Both the position numbers and the translations under genes were made by a program. 64,000 nt of DNA, taken from Escherichia coli. Lineage in GTDB: Bacteria > Pseudomonadota > Gammaproteobacteria > Enterobacterales > Enterobacteriaceae. The DNA lies in assembly GCF_017348835.2 (NCBI RefSeq), contig NZ_CP071375.1. One strand, written 5' to 3'. This document shows, piece after piece, positions 18,121 through 27,950 of the stretch. The first letter of the stretch is position 1. Every line of letters begins with the position of its first letter. The notes beneath the pieces were generated by a model, which was not told the DNA's origin, searched no databases, and saw only the letters and a program-made list of their open reading frames with translations.

Positions 18121-18258
18121 CCAATTTGAGCGCCCCTTAAGGCGCTGATATTTTTTATGCTTCTCGTGCAAATTGTGCTGCTTCAGCAATCAGCAGCTCA
18201 TCCGGTCGCGAAGTTGCTGGTGCGACCAGCCAGCGACATGCAGAGTTGAGTAACGCGA

Positions 18259-19488
18259 TTAATCATGGGAAATTGCCTCTGCATGAGTGAGCAGATATTG
18301 CTCCGCCTCACCGGACCAGATCCCCTGATGACGCGCCAGAATCGCCGCCAGTGCTTGATCCTGAATCTGCGTGAGTGACGTCAGCGGCAGGTATTTCTCG
18401 GTATACACCAGCTTTTTGCCGCCGCCGACGGCAGGCAATTCAAGCGTGGTTTCGCCCGCGGCATTCAGCCCAAGAATATGTGTTACCACTTTTGCGGCCT
18501 GCACTTTTTTCTCTTCGATCAGTTTGACCGCCGCGCGCATGTCGTCGGTATTGCCGCCTGACGTGCCCACGTAGTGGGTAAATGCATAATGCACATCGTA
18601 GAAATTAATTGGCGCGCTGAAATGTTTATCCTGCGGTCCGGCGAAGAAATTCAGGCAACCATCTGTCGCCAGCAAGGAAGAGGCGAGAGTCACCAGTCCT
18701 TCATTAGGCACAAAGACGAAAATATCATCGAAGCCGTGACCGCCACTCAGCGCCATTAGCGTATCAAATGCTGCATCGGTGGCATTGAGATAATGAATCA
18801 GTGTTTGCGGTTCTGATGGATAGTGCTTGCGCGCATAACTCAATTTATCGTTGTCGGTATCGGTAATGACGAGCAGCGACGGGTTAACGGGTCCATGTAG
18901 CGCATAATCAATCGCCAACAGTCCCATTGGTCCGGTGCCGCCGAGGATCAGCGTGCGCCCTTGCGGGCGAATCCCCATCGTGTGGTTATAACTACCTTCC
19001 TGAAGATGATAGTTGGCGTTGAACGCGCCAATCACGCAGGAAAGTGGTTCAACCAGCGAGCCTTCAAAATAGGTTTCGCCGTCGTATGCCAGCAGGCAAT
19101 CTTGTTCCATGACCTCGTTGGGAATAACCACATGCGTGGCTTCGCCGCCCACCCACGGGAAGGAGTAGCCGGGGCAGTCCGGGCGATCCGGCAATTGCAG
19201 GTTGGCCTGAATCACATAACGCTGACCCGGCTGGAATTTGTGCTGCCACTTTTTACCCACGGCCAGAATATCGCCGCAAAACTCGTGGCCGATGATGATT
19301 GGGTTGGTCGCCACATCGTCGGGTACTTTTTTATGGTTTTCACCCAGGTTGGCCTCTTTCCAGGAAGAGAGGCACAGGCTGTCAGTGACCACCGTCGCGA
19401 GGATTTCATCCTCCTGCATTTCAGGAAGGTCAAAGGTTTCCAGGCGTAAATCACGTTTACCATAAAGACGCAGAGCTGTTGTTTTCAT
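18259..19488 (-). CDS. sorE: L-sorbose-1-phosphate reductase (Zn-dependent MDR-family dehydrogenase)
   Basis: ORF 18259..19500 trimmed to MKTTALRLYGKRDLRLE...; medium-chain dehydrogenase fold; last gene of a sor-type operon. Confidence 0.8.
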   Translation of the reverse strand: MKTTALRLYGKRDLRLETFDLPEMQEDEILATVVTDSLCLSSWKEANLGENHKKVPDDVATNPIIIGHEFCGDILAVGKKWQHKFQPGQRYVIQANLQLPDRPDCPGYSFPWVGGEATHVVIPNEVMEQDCLLAYDGETYFEGSLVEPLSCVIGAFNANYHLQEGSYNHTMGIRPQGRTLILGGTGPMGLLAIDYALHGPVNPSLLVITDTDNDKLSYARKHYPSEPQTLIHYLNATDAAFDTLMALSGGHGFDDIFVFVPNEGLVTLASSLLATDGCLNFFAGPQDKHFSAPINFYDVHYAFTHYVGTSGGNTDDMRAAVKLIEEKKVQAAKVVTHILGLNAAGETTLELPAVGGGKKLVYTEKYLPLTSLTQIQDQALAAILARHQGIWSGEAEQYLLTHAEAISHD

Positions 19489-19539
19489 AAACCACCTCAT
19501 GTTGAGCGATGGCCCCGGCAGTCGTGCCGGGGCGAAGAA

Positions 19540-20364
19540 TCAGGACAGGAAGCCCAGCGCATTGCCGATAATCCCTAAGCCAAACAGGGCGAAAATCAGC
19601 CATACCGGGTTAATTTTTTTGTTGAGCAGACGAACCATTAGTAGCGTCAGACCGAGCGCCAGCAAACCAGGGCAAAGTTGGTCGAGAATGTTCTGCACGG
19701 TCATGATGACGGTGGAGCCATCGGCGGCATGCGTTTGTGAAACCACCAACGGTACGTTGATTGACGTCCATTTGGTGACCAGCACGCCCATCACAAACAG
19801 TCCGAGAATCGACGCGCCTTCGGTGAGTTTTTGCAGCAAATTACCGCCCATATCGCTGACGATATTCACCCCTTTGCGAAAGCCGAGCTGGAGGCCATAC
19901 CACTTCATCGCCAGACGCACCGCGTTGAAAATAAAGAAGAACAGCAGCGGGCCGAGAATGTTGCCCGAAAGTGCCAGAGATGCGCCGAGCGCGGCGGTAA
20001 TCGGGCGCAGCGTTCCCCAGACCAGTGGATCGCCAACCCCTGCCAATGGTCCCATCAGACCGACTTTGATGCCGTTAATGGTGCCGTCATCAATTTCCGC
20101 GCCGTTGGCCCGCGCCTCTTCCATGGCGGCAGTGACGCCGATGACCGGGCCACATACGGCTGGCGTGGTATTGAAGAACACCAGGTGTCGCCTGAGCGCC
20201 GCAACCTGATCCTCTTTTAATGGGTAAAGTCGCTTGATGGCGGGGATCATGTCGTAGCAAAAGCCCAGCCCGTGAATACGTTCAAAGTTAAAGGACGCCT
20301 GTTGCAGGTTGGAGCGCAGAAACATGCTCACCAGATCGCTGCGTGTAATTTTTCTCTGTTCCAT
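19540..20364 (-). CDS. sorM: PTS sorbose/mannose-family EIID component
   Basis: ORF 19540..20394; EIID-like membrane protein; likely start MEQRKITRSDL... giving about 274 aa. Confidence 0.8.
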   Translation of the reverse strand: MEQRKITRSDLVSMFLRSNLQQASFNFERIHGLGFCYDMIPAIKRLYPLKEDQVAALRRHLVFFNTTPAVCGPVIGVTAAMEEARANGAEIDDGTINGIKVGLMGPLAGVGDPLVWGTLRPITAALGASLALSGNILGPLLFFFIFNAVRLAMKWYGLQLGFRKGVNIVSDMGGNLLQKLTEGASILGLFVMGVLVTKWTSINVPLVVSQTHAADGSTVIMTVQNILDQLCPGLLALGLTLLMVRLLNKKINPVWLIFALFGLGIIGNALGFLS

Positions 20365-20374
20365 GATGGCTCCG

Positions 20375-21172
20375 TTAATCGTCAAGTTGGTCAAGGGCGG
20401 TGGAAGCGGGGGCCTGGAGCTGAGGTTCAGCTTTACGCCACTGTGGATTTAACTGGATGTAGACCAGGGCCATGATCACGCCGACGCCACCGAACGCCAG
20501 CAGACTGAGATCGAGGTAGCCACCTGCGAGGAAACCGAGGAAAAAGAAAGGCATCAAATATTTCACGCCCATCATACGTAGCACCATGGCGTAACCGACC
20601 ACCACGATAAAACCGCCAGCAATCTGTAGTCCTCGGGTCACAAATTCGGGAATGGCGTTTAACATATTGCTCACCATATCGGCGCTGACGAACAGCGAGA
20701 CAATCAGTGCCGGAACAGCAACGCGCAGCGCCTGCACGCCAAGCGCGGAGACATGCAGAATATCGAGAGTGCGAAACCGTGCTTCTTCCGCTGCTTTATC
20801 CGCCGCGTGCTGGAACACTACGGTGATGGTACGTGCAAACACCGTCAGCACCTGGCCTGCCGCAGCCACAGGCAACGCGATGGCGATTCCGGTGGCGATG
20901 CTTTGCTGACCAACGATAACCAGAATGGCGGAGATTATGCTGGCGAGTGCAGAATCCGGAGATTGCGCCGCGCCGACGTTCATCCAGCCGAGAGCTATCA
21001 ATTCCAGCGTACCACCGAGTATTATTCCGGTTTTTAAATCACCGAGAATTAAACCAATCACCGTACAGGCAATTAACGGGCGATGAGTCTGGAATTCATC
21101 CAGCACGCTGCCCATTCCGGCAATACAGGAAAAAAGAAATATAGCAATAATTTGTAGGGTACTTATTTCCAT
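20375..21172 (-). CDS. sorA: PTS sorbose/mannose-family EIIC component
   Basis: 265-aa hydrophobic ORF with EIIC-like sequence (MEISTLQIIAIFLFSCIAGMGSVLDEFQ...). Confidence 0.8.
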   Translation of the reverse strand: MEISTLQIIAIFLFSCIAGMGSVLDEFQTHRPLIACTVIGLILGDLKTGIILGGTLELIALGWMNVGAAQSPDSALASIISAILVIVGQQSIATGIAIALPVAAAGQVLTVFARTITVVFQHAADKAAEEARFRTLDILHVSALGVQALRVAVPALIVSLFVSADMVSNMLNAIPEFVTRGLQIAGGFIVVVGYAMVLRMMGVKYLMPFFFLGFLAGGYLDLSLLAFGGVGVIMALVYIQLNPQWRKAEPQLQAPASTALDQLDD

Positions 21173-21237
21173 GATTTGTCACCTTTTAAGTGTCGTCATC
21201 CCTGCCTGTTAAAGCATATGTACACAGGCGCTATTAT

Positions 21238-21732
21238 TTAATTTGCGATTAACTGTTCGTTTATTTTGTCGATAATATTGATTGAGGGATCTGACGCTAC
21301 GACGCGTAAATCCAGTATGACGCCAAGATTATTTAACTCATGAAATGCGTTAATATCATCATCATCTAATGAAACCGCTTTGGTTAACTGTTTTTTACCG
21401 GGCCGCCAGGCCATGCCGCCAATATTCAGGGTGCCTATTTTTACCCCCTGGCGAACCATCGCTAAGGCATCCTGTGGGCGAGTGAAAAGATAAAAAACGG
21501 TTTCGTCCTGATATTGCGGGTTGTGATAAACCGCGACGGCTTTTTCAATATTGACCACGTTAACCTTCATTCCCGGTGGCGCAGCCTGACGCAATAATGT
21601 CCGGCGAACTTCATCGTTATAAACTTCGTCATTGCAGATAATAATGCGCTGGGCGTTAGCCACTTTCGACCAGACGGTAGTGACCTGACCGTGGATCAGG
21701 CGGTCATCAATGCGGGCGAGCGTAATGTTCAT
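21238..21732 (-). CDS. sorB: PTS sorbose/mannose-family EIIB component
   Basis: 164-aa ORF MNITLARIDDRLIHGQVTTVW... (conserved IIB His motif). Confidence 0.85.
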   Translation of the reverse strand: MNITLARIDDRLIHGQVTTVWSKVANAQRIIICNDEVYNDEVRRTLLRQAAPPGMKVNVVNIEKAVAVYHNPQYQDETVFYLFTRPQDALAMVRQGVKIGTLNIGGMAWRPGKKQLTKAVSLDDDDINAFHELNNLGVILDLRVVASDPSINIIDKINEQLIAN

Positions 21733-22139
21733 CAGAAATCCTCCTCTGCCGTTGCCACCTGTCTCCAGACGACGCAGGATTGCTTTGCGATTTGCGTCAG
21801 GTGTTCACACAGTTCATCAACATTCATGCTGTCCTGGTTATCAACCAGTTCGAGCGCCAGCGGCAGAGAAAGGCCGCTGATTACCCGCAAACGAGGATTG
21901 CGCATCGCAAGCATCGCTGCCGCATTCCACGGGCTGCCGCACTGTAAATCCACGGCAATCAGCCACTCATCTTGATTGTGAATGCTTACTAACTTTTCCA
22001 GCTTTACCACAATGTCTCCGGCGTTTTCACCGGGCACAAATTCAACGGCTTCAACATTGGCGTTGCCGTAAACCATCTGAACCGATTCCAGCATGGCGCA
22101 AGCTAATTTGCCGTGGGCACAAAAAATGGCGTTGACCAT
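21732..22139 (-). CDS. sorF: PTS sorbose/mannose-family EIIA component
   Basis: 135-aa ORF MVNAIFCAHGKLA...; start of sorB overlaps its stop (ATGA), indicating translational coupling. Confidence 0.85.
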   Translation of the reverse strand: MVNAIFCAHGKLACAMLESVQMVYGNANVEAVEFVPGENAGDIVVKLEKLVSIHNQDEWLIAVDLQCGSPWNAAAMLAMRNPRLRVISGLSLPLALELVDNQDSMNVDELCEHLTQIAKQSCVVWRQVATAEEDF

Positions 22140-22148
22140 AAAGCCTCC

Positions 22149-22955
22149 TTATCCGCGCGTTTTGCCGCCCGCAATGTTAGTGGTTACTCCGGTGATGTAG
22201 CTGGCGCGTTCAGACAACAGATAACAAACAAAATCAGCGACTTCTGCTAATCTACCGGCGCGCCCAATAGGAATGGCGTTTTTGGTATAGCCTTCACGCA
22301 GCTGCTCGACGGTGATATTGCGCGTCCACGCCAGCGCTTCTTCATATTCCGGCGTGCGCAGTCCTGTTTTTTCCAGAATCCCCGGCGCGATACCGACCAC
22401 ACGGATACCGTGTTTACCCAATTCTTTCGACCAGGAGCGCGTGAAGCTATTGAGCGCGGCTTTGGTAGCGGCGTAACAGCTTTGTCCTTCTGAGCCTTCC
22501 AGCCCACTTTCTGAGGAAACATTCACAATCACGCCATCATGTTGTTTGACCATCTGTCGCGCCACCGCCTGCGACATCAGAAAAACACCTTTCTGGTTGA
22601 TATTGACCATTTTTTCGAATGCAGCTTCGTTGAGTTCATACTGCCCGGCAGGCGCTTTCTCATCGACCAGCAGACGCGGGAAATTGACCCCGGCGTTATT
22701 GACCAGACCGTCGATGCGACCAAAACGCTGGATAATTTCCGCTACCGTATGATTTACCTCTTTGGCGCTGGAAATATCGGTCGGCCAAAACTGATAGCCT
22801 TTATGACCTTCATATTGTCCATCGCCACCGTGAATATCGACCATCTGTACATTCGCGCCTTGTGCTAATAATTCCTCTACAATCGCCAGACCAATACCGG
22901 ATGCGCCGCCGGTGACGATAATGATTTTATCCTGCAAATTTAACCACGTTTGCAT
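22149..22955 (-). CDS. sorD: Sorbitol-6-phosphate 2-dehydrogenase (short-chain dehydrogenase/reductase)
   Basis: 268-aa ORF with TGGASGIG Rossmann motif and SDR catalytic YxxxK (YAATKAAL). Confidence 0.8.
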   Translation of the reverse strand: MQTWLNLQDKIIIVTGGASGIGLAIVEELLAQGANVQMVDIHGGDGQYEGHKGYQFWPTDISSAKEVNHTVAEIIQRFGRIDGLVNNAGVNFPRLLVDEKAPAGQYELNEAAFEKMVNINQKGVFLMSQAVARQMVKQHDGVIVNVSSESGLEGSEGQSCYAATKAALNSFTRSWSKELGKHGIRVVGIAPGILEKTGLRTPEYEEALAWTRNITVEQLREGYTKNAIPIGRAGRLAEVADFVCYLLSERASYITGVTTNIAGGKTRG

Positions 22956-23024
22956 AACAGACTCCTGATTTTAGATAATAGGGACCCGCCGTAATTTTTA
23001 TTACGATAAACATCGGGAAGATTT

Positions 23025-23972
23025 TTATTTCAGTAATAGTTCAGCTGTGCTGCTATTCGTTACCAGACAATTAATATATTTTCCACGCAGTGCACCAATA
23101 ATTCCGCTGTATTTTTCTTCACTCATGGCAATGCCAATGGAATATCGTGCCTGCTTTAATTTATTCATTTCGATAGAGAGTGTTTTTTCGCTCATATTCG
23201 TTTCAACCATTGCGCCGTGAATATCAAAAAAGCGCGAGCAAATATCGCCAGCAACCTGGCGGGCATTCAGGTCGTCACTCTCTTCACCACCATAAAACGC
23301 ATGCCAGTTAGCGCCGTCGCGAATGGCCGGTGAGCCAATTCCCACCAGGGCGACATCCAGATTATCCCAGTAGGCAGAGATGGTTTTAAAGTGCTGAGAC
23401 TGCATGATCCCATTACGAATTAAGGGGTTATCCAGCAGAGCCGGAAAATCCGCGAGATGCGATTCCCCTTTCAGCTTCGCTGCCGCGCTGTAGGTTAATG
23501 TGTTTACGTGATAGCGGCTTTCGAGTTTACCGGACGGTCCGCCAATAATTGGCACGCAGATTAACTGCCGCGATTGCCCCGCTTGCGGCAAGTTTTCAAC
23601 CAGTGCGCTCACCGCGCGACCCCAGGAAAAACCGACAATATCGCCAGGCTCCAGCAAGCGATCCAGCAGTTGCGCGCCGTGTAACCCCATCATCGCCAGT
23701 TGAGTCTCTTCATCCTCATCATTTCCCGACACCACCACAACGTCTTTCAGGCCAAACTTTTGCTTCAGTTGCTGCTCGAGCCAGAGATTTTCGTTGTAGT
23801 CATAGTTGATGGCGATGGTGACAATTCCCTGATCGCGGCCTCGTTTAAGCAAGCGGCTGATGGTGGTGCGGTAAATACCCAGTTCGCGCGCGATTTGCGC
23901 CTGCGTCATATCCTGTTCGTAATAGAGTTGGGCAATCTTCACAATCAAACGGATATCGTCACTGTTTTCCAT
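23025..23972 (-). CDS. sorC: SorC-family transcriptional regulator of the sorbose operon
   Basis: ORF 23025..24056 trimmed to MENSDDIRLIVKIAQLYYEQDMTQAQIARELG... (HTH plus sugar-binding domain, about 315 aa). Confidence 0.8.
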   Translation of the reverse strand: MENSDDIRLIVKIAQLYYEQDMTQAQIARELGIYRTTISRLLKRGRDQGIVTIAINYDYNENLWLEQQLKQKFGLKDVVVVSGNDEDEETQLAMMGLHGAQLLDRLLEPGDIVGFSWGRAVSALVENLPQAGQSRQLICVPIIGGPSGKLESRYHVNTLTYSAAAKLKGESHLADFPALLDNPLIRNGIMQSQHFKTISAYWDNLDVALVGIGSPAIRDGANWHAFYGGEESDDLNARQVAGDICSRFFDIHGAMVETNMSEKTLSIEMNKLKQARYSIGIAMSEEKYSGIIGALRGKYINCLVTNSSTAELLLK

Positions 23973-23988
23973 TGCCGCCTCCTGGTTC

Positions 23989-24111
23989 TGCACATTTGTG
24001 CAAATACGCTTTCTCACCGCTTGATCTGATATAACCCCATCATGATGGCCTTTCAAAGCGATTTTTCACTCTTTGCATGGGGAGAAATAGCGCTTTCTCT
24101 TGCACATTTGT
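23989..24111. promoter_or_regulatory. sor promoter region with repeated TGCACATTTGT motif (one copy forms palindrome TGCACATTTGTGCA)
   Basis: Motif occurs at 23989-24002 and 24101-24111, just upstream of the sorC start; candidate SorC operator sites. Confidence 0.35.
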
Positions 24112-24319
24112 TTCTCTGCGCAGTAGTCATCAGCACAGGTGTGCAGCGATTCGTAATATGTTGATTATCCTTATTTTGCCAGGCAAATTTGCATTGTACT
24201 TCCGGAGACACTTTTGTGATAAAAGGCGTGGCAGATCACATTTAATTTCGACGTTGCCGCATAACTCTGTTTTTCCCTGCTAAGAGGTACGGTATATTCC
24301 GCGTTTTACAGGAGAATTT

Positions 24320-25192
24320 ATGCTGCCCGACTCATCAGTCCGTTTAAATAAATACATCAGCGAAAGCGGAATTTGCTCACGCCGCGAAGCGGATCGCTAT
24401 ATCGAGCAAGGCAATGTGTTCCTTAATGGCAAGCGAGCCACCATTGGCGATCAGGTGAAACCCGGCGACGTTGTGAAAGTAAACGGTCAGTTGATTGAGC
24501 CTCGGGAAGCCGAAGATTTGGTACTTATCGCCTTGAACAAGCCCGTCGGTATTGTCAGCACCACCGAAGATGGCGAGCGCGATAACATTGTCGATTTCGT
24601 TAACCACAGCAAACGCGTGTTCCCGATTGGTCGTCTGGATAAAGATTCCCAGGGGCTGATTTTCCTCACCAACCACGGTGATCTGGTGAATAAGATCCTG
24701 CGTGCTGGCAATGATCATGAAAAAGAGTATTTGGTAACGGTCGATAAACCGATTACCGATGAATTTATTCGTGGTATGGGGGCGGGAGTGCCGATCCTCG
24801 GGACGGTGACGAAAAAGTGCAAAGTCAAAAAAGAAGCACCGTTTGTCTTCCGCATTACCCTGGTGCAGGGGTTGAACCGTCAGATCCGTCGCATGTGCGA
24901 GCACTTTGGTTACGAAGTGAAAAAGCTGGAACGTACGCGCATTATGAACGTCAGCTTAAGCGGCATTCCGCTGGGTGAGTGGCGCGATTTAACTGACGAT
25001 GAGTTAATCGACCTCTTTAAGCTCATCGAAAATTCCTCTTCCGAGGCAAAACCTAAAGCGAAGGCCAAACCGAAAACAGCGGGCATCAAACGTCCAGTCG
25101 TTAAGATGGAAAAAACGGCGGAAAAAGGCGGTCGCCCGGCGTCCAACGGTAAGCGTTTTACCTCGCCGGGGCGAAAAAAGAAGGGGCGCTAA
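24320..25192 (+). CDS. rluF: 23S rRNA pseudouridine synthase F
   Basis: 290-aa ORF with S4 domain and RsuA-family catalytic region ([22 protein letters not shown]). Confidence 0.9.
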   Translation: MLPDSSVRLNKYISESGICSRREADRYIEQGNVFLNGKRATIGDQVKPGDVVKVNGQLIEPREAEDLVLIALNKPVGIVSTTEDGERDNIVDFVNHSKRVFPIGRLDKDSQGLIFLTNHGDLVNKILRAGNDHEKEYLVTVDKPITDEFIRGMGAGVPILGTVTKKCKVKKEAPFVFRITLVQGLNRQIRRMCEHFGYEVKKLERTRIMNVSLSGIPLGEWRDLTDDELIDLFKLIENSSSEAKPKAKAKPKTAGIKRPVVKMEKTAEKGGRPASNGKRFTSPGRKKKGR

Positions 25193-25465
25193 TCAGCGCC
25201 TGCCGCGCGTCGACGTATTTGCTGACCAGCTAAATGACGCTTCAGGATCCGGTTTATAAGCCTGCTTTTTCTTTAACTGGCGGGCTTTTTTCGCTTCAGC
25301 CTCACGCTCGACCATTAATTTATCGATGTACTCTTTCTTAATGCTGTTGGTTTCGGAGTTGGTCAGTACGCGACCATGCGCAATCCGCGCCCGATCCAGC
25401 AGTGTTTTAAGTTCACGTTGCTCGCGTTCAGTCATCTCTTTTTGAGTAATACGGGGGAGTGCCAT
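25193..25465 (-). CDS. yjbD: Small conserved protein YjbD (DUF3811-like)
   Basis: 90-aa ORF MALPRITQKEMTEREQRELKTLLDRARIAHGRVL... at the expected position. Confidence 0.8.
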   Translation of the reverse strand: MALPRITQKEMTEREQRELKTLLDRARIAHGRVLTNSETNSIKKEYIDKLMVEREAEAKKARQLKKKQAYKPDPEASFSWSANTSTRGRR

Positions 25466-25993
25466 GATGGTGCCCTCAGTGAGCCAGAGAGTTCAGTGTA
25501 CGGGAATTCGTTTGCGAGCAGAACTGATAATATTCCTTTGTTCTCTTCTTAAATATTTATCTTTCTTGATAATTGACGATAAATACAGATACAAATTTAG
25601 CGAAAAAATCTCCCCCTACAAACAACAATGATTTATTAAATCTTTATTTTTCATGTAATTAAAATTTTTTATCACTTCTGGCACGCTTCTCGCAATAACA
25701 CTTTTGCGTTGATACTGAATTACAAAGGGGGTTAAACCCCGTCGGCACACCAGGAACGGCCAGGCTGTTTTCCGGGCGTGTTCCGTCAGCCTTTGACGCC
25801 AATTACGGGTTCGATTCCCACATTCATTCCTGAAATGAATACTGGTTGTAACTTATTAAATAAAAAATGAGGGATTGCGCAGTCTGCGGTCCCCGATAAC
25901 GTCACCGATAAAGATGCCGGGTAACAGGCAAAAGGGAATTCCCCTGTCGCTTCGTGTCTGCTTCCGCGACGGCTATTAAGCAAGGAATAGATA

Positions 25994-27121
25994 ATGATTA
26001 AAAAAATAAGCGTAAGAAAAGATCAGCTGGCATTACTCTCCAGAAACGGCGATTACTACAAAGTGCTGCATGCAGGCGAGCATATTTTACCCTGGTTAAA
26101 TACCCCGGAAGTGTTGCTGATTACGCTGGATGGTAGCGAAGTTCCCGACGTGCTTGCGGATTATTTGCGCCGCTTTCAGCCTGATTGGGTGGAGAAATAT
26201 TGCCTGGTGGCAGACTTGTCGGAGACTGAAGCCGGGGTGTTGTATATGGACGGTATTTTGTTGGAGATCCTGCCGCCATCAACGCGTCGTTTGTACTGGC
26301 GTGTAGAGGATGATTTGACGCTGGTGCGGATGAATACGCAGCAAGTCCCGGTACAAACGGAGGTGATGAATGCGGTATTACAGCCACGGCGCAAAGGAGT
26401 TGTTAAAGGCCGCGATGCGATACTGACGGTGCAGGTTCCGGCCTGGCATGTAGGCGTGCTGAAAATCGATGGTGAAACGCAGGCGCTGTTACCGCCGGGG
26501 CTGACTGCGTACTGGAAAATAAATCATCTGGTTGAAGCTGAAGTTGTCGACACCCGCTTGCAGGTACTGGAAGTCAGCGGGCAAGAAATCTTAACGAAAG
26601 ATAAGGTCAATCTGCGGATTAATCTCGCCGCTAACTGGCGCTATAGCGATGTGTTGCTGGCATTTAGTCAGCTAACGAAGCCGATTGATCATTTGTATCG
26701 GGAATTACAATTTGCCCTGCGTGAAGCGGTAGGTACGCGCACACTGGATGAACTGCTGGAAGATAAACAGGTCATTGATGACGTTGTTAGCGAGCAGGTG
26801 AAACTACGCATGAAGCCGTTCGGTATGGAGATCGCTTCGTTAGGAGTAAAAGATATCGTCCTGCCTGGCGATATGAAAAATATTCTTGCGCAACTGGTAG
26901 AGGCGGAGAAATCCGCGCAGGCCAATGTGATTCGCCGACGTGAAGAAACGGCAGCGACGCGCTCGTTACTGAACACCGCCAAAGTCATGGAGAACAATCC
27001 GGTAGCGTTGCGTTTAAAAGAGCTGGAAACGCTGGAGAGAGTGGCTGAGCGGATTGATAACATCTCTGTATTTGGCGGTCTGGATCAGGTTCTGCATGGG
27101 TTGGTTAATATCAAAGGGTGA
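25994..27121 (+). CDS. Soluble SPFH/band-7 (stomatin/prohibitin-like) domain protein with a novel ~170-aa N-terminal domain
   Basis: 375-aa ORF; C-terminal half has SPFH-like features (VSGQEILTKDKVNLRINLAANWRY...AEKSAQANVIRRREETAATRSL); no evident N-terminal transmembrane segment; AAGGA Shine-Dalgarno before the ATG. Confidence 0.7.
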   Translation: MIKKISVRKDQLALLSRNGDYYKVLHAGEHILPWLNTPEVLLITLDGSEVPDVLADYLRRFQPDWVEKYCLVADLSETEAGVLYMDGILLEILPPSTRRLYWRVEDDLTLVRMNTQQVPVQTEVMNAVLQPRRKGVVKGRDAILTVQVPAWHVGVLKIDGETQALLPPGLTAYWKINHLVEAEVVDTRLQVLEVSGQEILTKDKVNLRINLAANWRYSDVLLAFSQLTKPIDHLYRELQFALREAVGTRTLDELLEDKQVIDDVVSEQVKLRMKPFGMEIASLGVKDIVLPGDMKNILAQLVEAEKSAQANVIRRREETAATRSLLNTAKVMENNPVALRLKELETLERVAERIDNISVFGGLDQVLHGLVNIKG

Positions 27122-27918
27122 GTAACATGCCATTAAATGGAGTCAGTGCTGCGATGCGCGAAAGGGTATCGCAGCAGTTAAAAGAAATTGAACGTCGCTA
27201 TGGCGTGAAAGTGCTGTACGCCTGCGAATCGGGGAGTCGCGGCTGGGGATTTGCTTCGCCCGACAGCGATTACGATGTGCGGTTTTTGTATGTCCATCCG
27301 CTGGAATGGTATCTGCGGGTAGAGGCACCACGCGATGTTATCGAACTGCCCATCGACGACGAGTTAGATGTTTCCGGTTGGGAATGGCGCAAAGCGCTGG
27401 GATTGCTGAAAGGTGCGAATCCCACGCTAATTGAATGGCTGGATTCACCGGTGGTCTATCAGCAAGATGAAGAGACGATAACGGCGCTTAAGGCAATGGT
27501 CCCAACGTGGTTTTCTCCGTTGCGTGCGCGCTGGCATTACTATTCGATGGCGCAGAAAAACTTCCGCGGATATTTGCAGGGCGATGAAGTTCGACTGAAA
27601 AAATACTTTTACGTGCTGCGTCCGTTGCTGGCCGTGCGTTGGGTTGAAGCGGGAAAAGGCGTACCGCCAATGCGTTTTTCCGAATTGCTGGCGGGAAGTG
27701 AGTTGGATGCGGCCTTACGCGCAGAAATAGATGAATTACTGGAACGTAAACAGCGTGCGGGTGAAGCGGAATATGGCCCACGCCGTCCATTGCTACATGC
27801 GTTTATCCATGCGGAACTGGCGCGTGGGGAAATTCCGCCTGTGTTACCGGATAGTAGAGAAGGGGACGTTAAGAAACTGGATAGCTTACTGTACCAGACG
27901 GTAATGCGCCGGGCGTGA
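27118..27918 (+). CDS. Pol-beta-superfamily nucleotidyltransferase
   Basis: 266-aa ORF; ESGSRGWGFASPDSDYDVRF fits the hG[GS]x9-13DxD nucleotidyltransferase signature; GTG start at 27118 overlaps the upstream stop (GTGA), alternative ATG at 27127 with AGGGTG Shine-Dalgarno. Confidence 0.7.
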   Translation: MSNMPLNGVSAAMRERVSQQLKEIERRYGVKVLYACESGSRGWGFASPDSDYDVRFLYVHPLEWYLRVEAPRDVIELPIDDELDVSGWEWRKALGLLKGANPTLIEWLDSPVVYQQDEETITALKAMVPTWFSPLRARWHYYSMAQKNFRGYLQGDEVRLKKYFYVLRPLLAVRWVEAGKGVPPMRFSELLAGSELDAALRAEIDELLERKQRAGEAEYGPRRPLLHAFIHAELARGEIPPVLPDSREGDVKKLDSLLYQTVMRRA

Positions 27919-27933
27919 TGCCCGGCGTTATTT
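27906..27933 (+). terminator. Intrinsic terminator after the nucleotidyltransferase gene
   Basis: Hairpin CGCCGGGC-gtgat-GCCCGGCG overlapping the stop codon, followed by TTATTT. Confidence 0.5.
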
Positions 27934-27950
27934 CAGGTCATCAGCTTTTA

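Noticed and set aside
19499-20209. 236-aa plus-strand ORF overlapping sorE/sorM
   Set aside because: Antisense to two PTS/sor genes with clear homology; Ser/Pro/Arg-rich composition, no start context.
25805-25830. GGGTTCGATTCCC resembling a tRNA T-arm, considered as a tRNA fragment or island attachment-site remnant
   Set aside because: Only about 11 nt match; no acceptor stem, anticodon arm or CCA context could be folded by eye; would need tRNAscan-type analysis to support.
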